A stretch of 64,000 nt of DNA from positions 34,586 to 98,585 of the forward strand of contig CAZUXB010000002.1 in assembly GCA_964624555.1 (NCBI GenBank), written 5' to 3'. Below are positions 1-8,235 of the stretch, piece after piece. The notes below the pieces were generated by a model that worked only from the letters and a program-made list of their open reading frames with translations, searched no databases and was not told the origin of the DNA. This DNA is from an uncultured Rickettsiales bacterium. Its GTDB lineage: Bacteria > Pseudomonadota > Alphaproteobacteria > Rickettsiales > SXRF01. Position 1 is the stretch's first letter. Each line of letters begins with the position of its first letter. The position numbers were made by a program, and so were the translations under genes.

Positions 1-1
1 T

Positions 2-622
2 ATCAAAAGCAAAGTCAGTTACCTGCTGGATGAAAAATCCATGCGTTCACTCGATTTTGCAGTTGAAGGTGCAGAACGTATGCGTAATCTTATCGATGCT
101 TTATTCGAATATGCGCGACTTGGTTTTTCCAAGCCACATTTTGAAGCTGTAAATATGGAAACATTATTGCGCCACACCATGCGTGATCTTTCCAGTATCA
201 TAGATGAAAGCGGGGCAGTTATTACCCATGATCCTCTTCCTGAGGTTTATGGTGACAGCGTGTTAATATCACAGCTGCTGCAGAATCTTATCGCTAATGC
301 AATCAAATATTGTAAGGAAAAACCACGTATACATATAAGCGATGAGAGAAGTGGTGATTGCTGGAGGATAAGTGTACGCGATAATGGCATCGGTATTCCA
401 CCAGCCCAGCACGAACAGATTTTTGCAATCTTTCGGCGGTTGCATCAACCGGAAGAATATCCTGGTATTGGTTTAGGATTAGCTATCTGCAAGCGAATAG
501 TTCAGCAACATGACGGAATAATAGAGGTGGAGTCTGAGCTCGGGAAAGGTTCATGTTTCCATTTCACAGTGCCAGCGTTATCTGCAGTTAAATCACAGGA
601 AAGAAAGGTGGTTTATGGTTAA
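2..622 (+). CDS. sensor histidine kinase, C-terminal part (5' end lies outside the window)
   Basis: The frame of ORF 41..622 stays open back to base 2 (IKSKVSYLLDEKS...). HATPase_c motifs are present: 'QLLQNLIANAIKY' (N box), 'VRDNGIGI' (G1), 'GIGLGLAICKRIV' (G2). The stop overlaps the start of the downstream response regulator. Confidence 0.85.
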   Translation: MKSKVSYLLDEKSMRSLDFAVEGAERMRNLIDALFEYARLGFSKPHFEAVNMETLLRHTMRDLSSIIDESGAVITHDPLPEVYGDSVLISQLLQNLIANAIKYCKEKPRIHISDERSGDCWRISVRDNGIGIPPAQHEQIFAIFRRLHQPEEYPGIGLGLAICKRIVQQHDGIIEVESELGKGSCFHFTVPALSAVKSQERKVVYG

Positions 623-2324
623 GACTCAGCTTGCGAATAATTCTTTTTCTACAATCAACATTTTGCTGGTGGAAGATGACAAGAGCGATGCTTTTATGGT
701 GAGCAATTTGTTGGATTCATATCCTGGCTCTATTTTTAGAATCAAACATGTAACCAGGCAGCCGCAGGCGCTAACGGCACTTGCCGAGGAAGAGTTCGAT
801 GTCTGCATCCTTGATCTAACCTTGCCGGATGCCCATGGGTTCAGTGCGTTGGTGGCTATTCAGGAAAAAGCTCCCAATATGCCAGTGTTGATTTTGACCG
901 GCATGAAAGATAACGCCCTTGCTAAACATGCAGTGGCCCGTGGTGCACAGGATTATTTGCTTAAGGATGACCTGAAAATTGATGTCATGGTACGGGCGAT
1001 TGACTATGCAATTGAGCGCAAGCAACTGGAAATTGATCTGTTCGTCCGCGCTAACTATGATACGCTGACAGGTATAGCCAACCGCACTATGTTTATGGAT
1101 CGTCTGCAGATGGCTCTGGCCCGTGCTGAACGTTCGCAGGTAAATGTTGCAGTTTTATTCATCGATCTTGATAAATTCAAACCAATAAATGATATGTATG
1201 GCCATGATGCTGGCGATGTAGCACTGAAAACTGTTGCACAGAGGATTAAGGCTACGTTACGCAGTTATGATACTCCCGCGCGGTTTGGTGGGGACGAATT
1301 TGTTGTATTGCTGGAGGATATTGATAAGCCGTACAACGCAGCCTGTATAGCGCAGAAAATTATCACAGCAATTTCTGAACCTATATTTTATAAAGAAAAT
1401 AAACTGGAGCTTGGTGCAAGTATCGGTATTGTTTTTGTTGATGCGCCAATATCTTCAGAGGCATTGCTGCAACACGCTGACCTGGCCATGTATAACGCAA
1501 AGATGGAAGGAAGGAATACTTATCGTTTTTATGTGGATAACATGCAGGATGCAGTTACTGCCAGGATGAGCATGGAAGATGATTTGCGTACTGCATTGGC
1601 AGTAGACGAGCTTAAGCTTTATTATCAGCCGTATTTCACAACTGATGGAATTTCAGTTGCTGGTGTCGAGGTATTATTACGTTGGCAGCATCCTGAGCGT
1701 GGCCTTATATGCGCAGGTGAATTTTTGGGAATTGCTGAATCCTGTAAGATGATGCCGGAAATAACCAGGTTTGTGTGTACGCAACTTTATAATGACATAG
1801 CCATGTTTAATGTTCGTGCGCGTCCTATTACCATATCTATGAATCTTGCCGCGTCACAGCTTGATGTGCCAAGCTTGATCGATAATCTTATTCTAATTTC
1901 CGAAAAGGATTTTCTTGGAGAGAACCGCTTAGTAGTTGAAGTACATGAAGAGGCCATTGCACCTATTTCAGGGCCTTGTTTTATGACTCTGGCAAAACTG
2001 TATGAAATGGGCGTGGGATTGCATCTGGATCATTTCGGCCTTAACACAGTACCACTTACTACATTGTGCGAATTGCCATTCTCACTCTTAAAAGTCGATT
2101 TATCGCTGGTAAAAAATATGGGTAGGGTAAAGTCTGATAATATGCTGATAAACGCAGCTATAGCCCTTGCCCACCAGTTGGATATGAAGGTCGGTGCAGT
2201 AGGTGTTGAAGAACAGTGGCAGGTGCAGGTGCTTCAGGCTCAGGGATGCGACATATTACAGGGATTCCTTACCGGCCCCCCTATGGATGCTAAGGCATTG
2301 GTAGAATGGTTAAAAAATAAGTAA
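615..2324 (+). CDS. response regulator with REC + GGDEF + EAL domains (c-di-GMP turnover)
   Basis: REC domain ('ILLVEDD', 'DVCILDLTLPD'). GGDEF domain with an intact 'RFGGDEFVVLL'. EAL domain ('LYYQPYF', 'GVEVLLRWQHP', 'QGFLTGPP'). 8-nt overlap with the kinase gene. Confidence 0.9.
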   Translation: MVKTQLANNSFSTINILLVEDDKSDAFMVSNLLDSYPGSIFRIKHVTRQPQALTALAEEEFDVCILDLTLPDAHGFSALVAIQEKAPNMPVLILTGMKDNALAKHAVARGAQDYLLKDDLKIDVMVRAIDYAIERKQLEIDLFVRANYDTLTGIANRTMFMDRLQMALARAERSQVNVAVLFIDLDKFKPINDMYGHDAGDVALKTVAQRIKATLRSYDTPARFGGDEFVVLLEDIDKPYNAACIAQKIITAISEPIFYKENKLELGASIGIVFVDAPISSEALLQHADLAMYNAKMEGRNTYRFYVDNMQDAVTARMSMEDDLRTALAVDELKLYYQPYFTTDGISVAGVEVLLRWQHPERGLICAGEFLGIAESCKMMPEITRFVCTQLYNDIAMFNVRARPITISMNLAASQLDVPSLIDNLILISEKDFLGENRLVVEVHEEAIAPISGPCFMTLAKLYEMGVGLHLDHFGLNTVPLTTLCELPFSLLKVDLSLVKNMGRVKSDNMLINAAIALAHQLDMKVGAVGVEEQWQVQVLQAQGCDILQGFLTGPPMDAKALVEWLKNK

Positions 2325-2432
2325 AGAGCATTGTAATAAATCCGTAACAAACCTGTGGTTGACGTAATGGCCATTTATACTATAAATGACAGCCTTCACT
2401 AAATGTTTTGTTAAAAAAAACAACAGGGAATA

Positions 2433-3752
2433 ATGGGAGAATACAAGAACATGGCTACATCAACACCGGCTAATTCTATCTTTTCAAAATTATGGTTCAG
2501 GGTGGTGTTGGGCCTTTTGCTGGGTATTGCGTTTGGTTTTGCGATGAGTGGGGTTGGTTCTGACAGCGTATTTGGGACTGATGGTAAAACCATTCTTACT
2601 GAATATGTGAAGCCGGTTGGTACCGTTTTCATCAACATGATTAAGATGGTAGTGGTCCCATTGATTTTTTTCTCACTGGTGAGTGGAATTACCAGTATGG
2701 CTGATGCCGAATCTTTCAAGCGGGTTGGGATTAAATCAGTTGCTGCATTTTTAATGACCGGTGCGTTTGCCGTATGTATAGGGCTTGCTTTTGGTACTAT
2801 ATTCCATCCTGGGTTAGGTGTTGATCTTTCATCGCTTAAAGCTCACGTTGCAGCATCCGCTCCGGCACCTGCCCCAAAACAGGTGAATCTTATACAGATT
2901 TTGGTAGATATGATTCCTACCAATGTTTTTAAAGCTATGGCCGATGATAATATTTTGCAGGTTGTAGTATTTGCTATATTTACCGGTATTACCCTGAATA
3001 CACTTGGGGAAAAGGTCAAAAATTTGACTGACCTGTGCAAATCGGCAGCGCAAATGGTTTTCAAGATGATTGAAACCATCATAAAATTTTCGCCATATGG
3101 CGTATTCGCACTGACCTCGTGGGTGGTTGGTACGCAGGGAATTGAAATATTGATAGCGTTATTAAAACTGGTACTAACTGTTACTGGTGCGCTGTTCACC
3201 CAATATATACTTTTTGGTATTATGGTTATGGTTTTTGCGCGCGTTTCGCCTATGCCATTTTACCGTAAAATGGCTGAGCCACAGTTGCTCGCTTTTTCTA
3301 CCAGCAGCAGCAAGGCTACACTTTCAACCGCAATGCGTGTGGTAAACGAAAAGATTGGTGTTTCTAAGAGTATTACATCGTTCGTATTACCGCTGGGGGC
3401 TTCCATAAATATGGATGGTACGGCGATTTATTTAGGTATATGCTCACTGTTTTTCTCGCAGGCTTATAATATACCGCTCGACGTTCACCATTATTTCATA
3501 CTTGTACTGACTGCTACCCTTGGCTCTATAGGTGCTGCCGGTATTCCCGGTGGCTCGTTAATCATGATGGGGATGGTATTTACCTCGGTTGGTTTACCGC
3601 TGGAGGGTATAGCCCTGATCGCTGGTGTTGACCGTATCCTCGATATGATGCGTACCACGGTAAACATTACCGGTGACTCGCTTATCACCATGCTGGTTGA
3701 TAAGTCAGAAGGTACCATGGATATGGAAACTTATCATAATATGAGTTTGTAA
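2433..3752 (+). CDS. dicarboxylate/amino acid:cation symporter (DAACS family, GltP/DctA-like)
   Basis: Multi-TM protein with DAACS signatures 'SSSKATLSTA', 'GASINMDGTAIY' and 'VDRILDMMRTTVNITGD'. Confidence 0.85.
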   Translation: MGEYKNMATSTPANSIFSKLWFRVVLGLLLGIAFGFAMSGVGSDSVFGTDGKTILTEYVKPVGTVFINMIKMVVVPLIFFSLVSGITSMADAESFKRVGIKSVAAFLMTGAFAVCIGLAFGTIFHPGLGVDLSSLKAHVAASAPAPAPKQVNLIQILVDMIPTNVFKAMADDNILQVVVFAIFTGITLNTLGEKVKNLTDLCKSAAQMVFKMIETIIKFSPYGVFALTSWVVGTQGIEILIALLKLVLTVTGALFTQYILFGIMVMVFARVSPMPFYRKMAEPQLLAFSTSSSKATLSTAMRVVNEKIGVSKSITSFVLPLGASINMDGTAIYLGICSLFFSQAYNIPLDVHHYFILVLTATLGSIGAAGIPGGSLIMMGMVFTSVGLPLEGIALIAGVDRILDMMRTTVNITGDSLITMLVDKSEGTMDMETYHNMSL

Positions 3753-3789
3753 TTCTGTTCCCTCTTTCCTTGGGAGATAACTATTTAAA

Positions 3790-3880
3790 CTCCCTCTCCC
3801 TCTGGGAGAGGGTGGGGTGAGGGCTAAGTCATATATAGAACAAAGCCCTCATCCTAACCTTCTCCCAAAGGGAGAAGGGA
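3790..3880. repeat. REP-like cluster of three GC-rich hairpins between convergent genes (probable bidirectional terminator)
   Basis: CCCTCTCCC-tctg-GGAGAGGG; GGGTGAGGGC...GCCCTCATCC; CCTTCTCCC-aaa-GGGAGAAGG. The last hairpin is read as the C-terminal 'LLPLGEG' of the hpt ORF. Confidence 0.6.
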
Positions 3881-4411
3881 CGTGGTTATAGCGCCAATAA
3901 ATGGTAATTCGCGGTAGTAGTTGGCGTAGTCGAGCCCATAGCCAACCACAAACCTGTCAGGTATAGTGAAACCTACGAAATCAGCATTTATTTCCACTTT
4001 TCGCTTGCCTGGTTTTTCAAGCATCACGGCAATTTTTATGCTTGCTGCCCCGCGTTCTTTAATCAGATTGCGGGCGAAGGTCAGAGTGTTTCCTGATTCC
4101 AGTATATCATCCACTATAAGAACCTCACGGTTTCGGACATCCTCTATTATATCACGTATTATCTGCACTTTTCCACTTGAGGTGGAATTCTTTCCATAGC
4201 TGGCGAGAGTCATAAAATCGACCTGCGGTTTTACTCCGGCAAAATGCAGGGCGCGTATTAAATCAGCGGTAAATACAAAGCTGCCCCTGAGCAGTGATAC
4301 TATCATAATATCAGGTGACATATGGCTGGCTATTTCGCCAGCCAGCAACTTCACACGCTGAGATAACTCTTCTGCGCTAACCAGGACATCAATCTTACTT
4401 GGCTTTTCCAT
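3854..4411 (-). CDS. hpt: hypoxanthine phosphoribosyltransferase
   Basis: PRPP-binding motif 'EVLIVDDILESGNTLTF' and 'VGYGLDYANYYRELPFI'. Typical length apart from roughly 10 extra C-terminal residues encoded by the REP hairpin. Confidence 0.9.
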   Translation of the reverse strand: MEKPSKIDVLVSAEELSQRVKLLAGEIASHMSPDIMIVSLLRGSFVFTADLIRALHFAGVKPQVDFMTLASYGKNSTSSGKVQIIRDIIEDVRNREVLIVDDILESGNTLTFARNLIKERGAASIKIAVMLEKPGKRKVEINADFVGFTIPDRFVVGYGLDYANYYRELPFIGAITTSLLPLGEG

Positions 4412-5054
4412 TTGGGTAACTCCTTAGTGCCAGCTCTAGTGGTGTGCCCAAATCAATTACAAAACGTTTGGCAATAGAGAATTTAACATTGATGCCACCA
4501 GTAGTGAACGGCATGGTTTCCTTTGGCCCCAGTATTGCACCATTGCTTGGGAAATCCTGCCACTGTAGCTTGTTATTCTCGCCATCAAGCAATGCGACAC
4601 GTATGTTAGGAACAGGGTGCGGTGTGTCGCTAACATTCATAATGTTAGCATCAATTTCATAAATAGTATTTTTTTCATCAATCTGCTTGGTCATCTGAAC
4701 ATCGGCAAGAACAATGCCTTTGCTGGGTGATACTCCAAATATACCCGGTATGGTGATAAATAACGCCAGAGCTATTGCTAAAATAGCAAGCAGGGCAACG
4801 ACCGCTTTCAGCCCGGAATGAGTTGTAACTCTGGCTACTGGAAGGTTCGAGCCATGGGAAAGTGGTTTTGGTGTAGCGTTTATATCGCCAATTATTTTAT
4901 CAAAATCAGGAAGTTCACTTTTTGTAGTATCTATTGGTGGATTTTCAAACCAGCTATGGCTGCATTTGGCGCAACGTACCGTTCTGCCACTAGCCCCAAT
5001 TGCCTGGTCAGAAACAAGATAACGAGCATTGCAGTTTTTACATTGTAAAATCAT
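4395..5054 (-). CDS. MJ0042-type zinc-ribbon membrane protein (DUF3426-like C-terminus)
   Basis: N-terminal 'CKNCNARYLV...VRCAKCSHSWF' zinc ribbon and one TM helix (AVVALLAILAIALALFITI). Divergent from ftsE, as I recall for many alphaproteobacteria. Confidence 0.7.
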   Translation of the reverse strand: MILQCKNCNARYLVSDQAIGASGRTVRCAKCSHSWFENPPIDTTKSELPDFDKIIGDINATPKPLSHGSNLPVARVTTHSGLKAVVALLAILAIALALFITIPGIFGVSPSKGIVLADVQMTKQIDEKNTIYEIDANIMNVSDTPHPVPNIRVALLDGENNKLQWQDFPSNGAILGPKETMPFTTGGINVKFSIAKRFVIDLGTPLELALRSYPNGKAK

Positions 5055-5121
5055 ATCATTTGTATAATCTCAAAAATTGGATATAGCATACTATATAATT
5101 TGTCAGCTACTAAAGAAAAAA

Positions 5122-5826
5122 ATGATGATTACATTAGAACATATAGCAATGGAATATACCGAGGGGCAACCTATATTAAAGGATATATCCTTTACCCTTG
5201 AGCGCGGCTCATTCCATTTCCTGACCGGGGCCAGCGGTGCCGGTAAGAGTACGCTCCTTTCAATTCTATCACTACAGAACAAACCAACGCATGGGAAATT
5301 CCATATGTTTGGGGAGAACGTAACGCAAATGGAACGTGCGGAATTGCCAAGGTTACGGCGCAGGGTAGGGATAGTACTTCAGGACTATCGCCTGCTTGAC
5401 CATTTGACGGTTCTTGAGAATGTTTCGTTGCCGCTTAAAGTTATGGGCGAATCTGATGAGGAAATTAAACCTAAAGCTTTTGAACTTCTGGAGTGGATAG
5501 GTCTGTCGGAACATCAAAATGCTAAGCCAGCAACTCTTTCCGGCGGTCAGAAACAGCGTGCTGCGATTGCGCGTGCTGTAATCAGTAAACCTGATATTTT
5601 ACTGGCGGATGAGCCGACCGGTAATCTTGACTCAGATCTGGCACAGCGTTTTATGTATTTATTTGAGGCCCTTAACCAGACTGGAACAACGGTGCTTATC
5701 GCCAGCCACGATGAGAACCTTATTTCGCTATTCAATTACCCAACTTTGCGTCTTAAAAATGGTGCGCTGGTCAGGCAAGAGCCTGTATCGCAGGTTGTTA
5801 AAGGTTTTAATGAAAGTATTGCATAA
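5122..5826 (+). CDS. ftsE: cell-division ABC ATPase FtsE-like
   Basis: Walker A 'GASGAGKST', signature 'LSGGQKQRAAIARA', Walker B 'ILLADEPTGNLD'. The likely start is ATG 5122; the track uses an upstream TTG at 5077. No ftsX follows. Confidence 0.75.
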   Translation: MMITLEHIAMEYTEGQPILKDISFTLERGSFHFLTGASGAGKSTLLSILSLQNKPTHGKFHMFGENVTQMERAELPRLRRRVGIVLQDYRLLDHLTVLENVSLPLKVMGESDEEIKPKAFELLEWIGLSEHQNAKPATLSGGQKQRAAIARAVISKPDILLADEPTGNLDSDLAQRFMYLFEALNQTGTTVLIASHDENLISLFNYPTLRLKNGALVRQEPVSQVVKGFNESIA

Positions 5827-5932
5827 AATGCAATATAAATATTCCTGTATTAATTGAAGAAATAATGTTATTATCACAAGGTTGTTTGCATTATAAATCA
5901 TATGTTTAATTTATAGTATTTTATTTAGCAGC

Positions 5933-6388
5933 ATGCCAGAGATACCTGTAATTGAACGGCGTATTACCCTGAGGCTGATTGCCTATTGGGAGAAATTACG
6001 CAAACAAAACCAAATGCCGGAGGAGTCTGATATTGATCCTGATGATTTGCAGGATCTTTGGGATTATTGTTTCCTGATCCATGTGAAAGATTTAAACAAA
6101 CCAGATTATAACTATACTTACCTGGGGAAAGCCATACAACAGGCTTATAGTGGTGAGCTGGAAGATAATGTTAGAAGTCGACTTGTTTCCCCTAATGCTG
6201 CGAAGCTGGCGCCCAGCTATGCCAAAGTTATCGAAACGCGCGCACCTTTAGTAGAAGAAGGGGAATTCATTAACCTGCGTAATGATGTGGTAAAATATCG
6301 CCAGTGTTTGTTGCCACTGGGTAGCGGAAATACTGTCGAAGCTATATTTGGCGGTATGCGCTTCAAGATTTTTTCTAAAAATTCCTAG
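5933..6388 (+). CDS. small PAS_5-type (PF07310-like) domain protein
   Basis: 'LIAYWEKLRKQNQMPEESDIDPDDL...FLIHV...YTYLGKAIQQAYSGEL' matches, from memory, the alphaproteobacterial PAS_5 pattern (yW..lr...mP...diDp). Confidence 0.55.
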   Translation: MPEIPVIERRITLRLIAYWEKLRKQNQMPEESDIDPDDLQDLWDYCFLIHVKDLNKPDYNYTYLGKAIQQAYSGELEDNVRSRLVSPNAAKLAPSYAKVIETRAPLVEEGEFINLRNDVVKYRQCLLPLGSGNTVEAIFGGMRFKIFSKNS

Positions 6389-6467
6389 AATTTCCTTCAA
6401 ATTTGTGTGTTGAAAGCAGTTTGCCATGCTGCTATGCAGTTATATTACAAATTATAAGGAAAATACT

Positions 6468-7283
6468 ATGGCACTACATGAGATTATTGAAAAAGCATGG
6501 GAAAATCGTGCAGAACTTAATGCTTCAACAACAGGGGAAATTCGTGATGCCGTTGAAATTGCCCTTTCCCGCCTTGATGGTGGCGAAGCGCGGATAGCTG
6601 AAAAAGTCGATGGTAAATGGCAGGTCAACCAGTGGCTGAAAAAGGCCGTGCTCCTGTCATTCAGGCTAAATGATAATATGGTTATGGAATCTGGTGATTT
6701 ACGCTATTTCGATAAAGTACCAACTAAATTTGCGGGCTGGAAAGAAACCCAGTTCCGTGCCGCAGGTTTCCGGGTGATACCGGGTGCGGTGGTGCGCCGC
6801 TCGGCTTATATCGCTAAAGATGTCGTTCTAATGCCAAGCTTTGTCAATGTTGGTGCCTATGTCGGTGAGGGGACCATGGTTGACACCTGGGCGACTGTCG
6901 GCAGTTGTGCGCAGATCGGCAAGCATTGCCATATCTCCGGCGGAACCGGCATTGGCGGCGTGCTCGAACCTCTACAGGCCGAGCCGGTGATAATTGAGGA
7001 TAATTGCTTCATCGGTGCGCGCAGCGAAATCGCCGAGGGTGTTATCGTGGAAGAAGGTTCGGTGATATCAATGGGCGTGTTCATAGGTGCATCGACCAAG
7101 ATAGTCGACCGCGCAACCGGCGAAGTTTTCTATGGCCGCGTACCGGCCTACAGTGTGGTAGTGCCTGGAACTATGCCTGCCAAAAATGCCGGAGAACCCA
7201 ATTTATACTGTGCCGTCATCGTAAAACGCGTGGACGAAAAAACCCGCTCCAAAACCGCGATTAATGAATTGCTTAGGGAGTAG
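6468..7283 (+). CDS. dapD: 2,3,4,5-tetrahydropyridine-2,6-dicarboxylate N-succinyltransferase
   Basis: N-terminus '[18 protein letters not shown]', a left-handed beta-helix hexapeptide region, and C-terminus '[13 protein letters not shown]'. Start taken at ATG 6468 inside track ORF 6426..7283. Confidence 0.9.
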   Translation: MALHEIIEKAWENRAELNASTTGEIRDAVEIALSRLDGGEARIAEKVDGKWQVNQWLKKAVLLSFRLNDNMVMESGDLRYFDKVPTKFAGWKETQFRAAGFRVIPGAVVRRSAYIAKDVVLMPSFVNVGAYVGEGTMVDTWATVGSCAQIGKHCHISGGTGIGGVLEPLQAEPVIIEDNCFIGARSEIAEGVIVEEGSVISMGVFIGASTKIVDRATGEVFYGRVPAYSVVVPGTMPAKNAGEPNLYCAVIVKRVDEKTRSKTAINELLRE

Positions 7284-7550
7284 TATTCATATTTTTCTCT
7301 TTCTTCATTAAAAATTGGTGTGACCAGGAAATCTTATGCTGTGCTCAGGATTGGTGCGTTGTCTCCTCCTCTTGGAACACCACCGGATTCCAACAGTAAC
7401 GCTTCCTCCTAGATTTTAATCTAGAGTGAAACATGGATTCCCTTTCGGGTCATAGATAGTATCAAATAATGCAAACAGCATTGTGATTTCCCGATCACAC
7501 ACCAATCAAAACACAGGAATAAATGGTCGGGAAGTGGGAAAATAGATACT

Positions 7551-7641
7551 GTCATTGCGAGGCAATGCCGAAGCAATCCAGGTGTTGCTGCAGGTTGGTA
7601 CTGGATTGCTTCCCCCGCAACAAGTGCGGGGTCGCAATGAC
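7551..7641. repeat. 91-bp nested palindromic (MITE-like) element
   Basis: Perfect inverted termini GTCATTGCGA...TCGCAATGAC and an inner inverted pair GAAGCAATCCAG...CTGGATTGCTTC. Related copies occur at 44351..44459, with partial copies near 43056 and 58938. Confidence 0.7.
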
Positions 7642-7695
7642 GAAGATAAGTGGCAGATCCTGTGCTGCGGCTAGTGCCGTCCACAGGATGACGGG

Positions 7696-8235
7696 TTATA
7701 TAAACGGGTCATAGGACCATTGCAGCAGTGCCTGGCGCTGGCGGGGGCGGCATTTTAAGTCACCGGCTTTGCAATTGGCTTTTATCTGTCCGGCGTGGCG
7801 GGAAAAATTGCGCCAGCGTTTTATCTGCGCTGTGTCCACTGCATCTTCACGCCGGCCCAGATAATAACGGCAATACCACTGGAACCAGCCACGCGGGTCA
7901 TTGCCGATTATCCAGCCTTTTTCCTGCCAAACAGAAAGAGGCTGGCGGCTTTTTATTTTAAAATAATTGATATTTTCGTCAGCAACATCACTGAGTTTTG
8001 CTTTTTTGAACCATGCGGCAGGAAATTCTTTCTGGCAATCGTTGCAATATTTGCCTTCAAATACGCCCATCTCCAACATTTGCTGCGGTGAATAACAGGG
8101 ATTGAAAGTATCGGCGAAATCTTCACCCATTGGCGCGTCAAGGCGGTAGGAATAACTGCGCTGCATTTTATCATTCACTTTGATAATGTCGCCTATTTCG
8201 AAATTATGCACGCTTGCTGGTTTCCTGTTCATCAA
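7696..8235 (-). CDS. conserved hypothetical protein (family not recognised)
   Basis: 179-aa ORF co-directional with gltB, overlapping its 3' end by 32 nt. Trp/Arg-rich motif 'GWFQWYCRYYLGRREDAVDTAQIKRWRNFSRH'. No signal peptide or TM segment. Confidence 0.55.
   Translation of the reverse strand: MMNRKPASVHNFEIGDIIKVNDKMQRSYSYRLDAPMGEDFADTFNPCYSPQQMLEMGVFEGKYCNDCQKEFPAAWFKKAKLSDVADENINYFKIKSRQPLSVWQEKGWIIGNDPRGWFQWYCRYYLGRREDAVDTAQIKRWRNFSRHAGQIKANCKAGDLKCRPRQRQALLQWSYDPFI

Noticed and set aside
3854-3880. C-terminal 'TSLLPLGEG' extension of Hpt as a possible functional tail.
   Set aside because: It is encoded by the REP-like hairpin that abuts the gene. The most likely explanation is repeat insertion displacing the original stop codon, not a functional domain.
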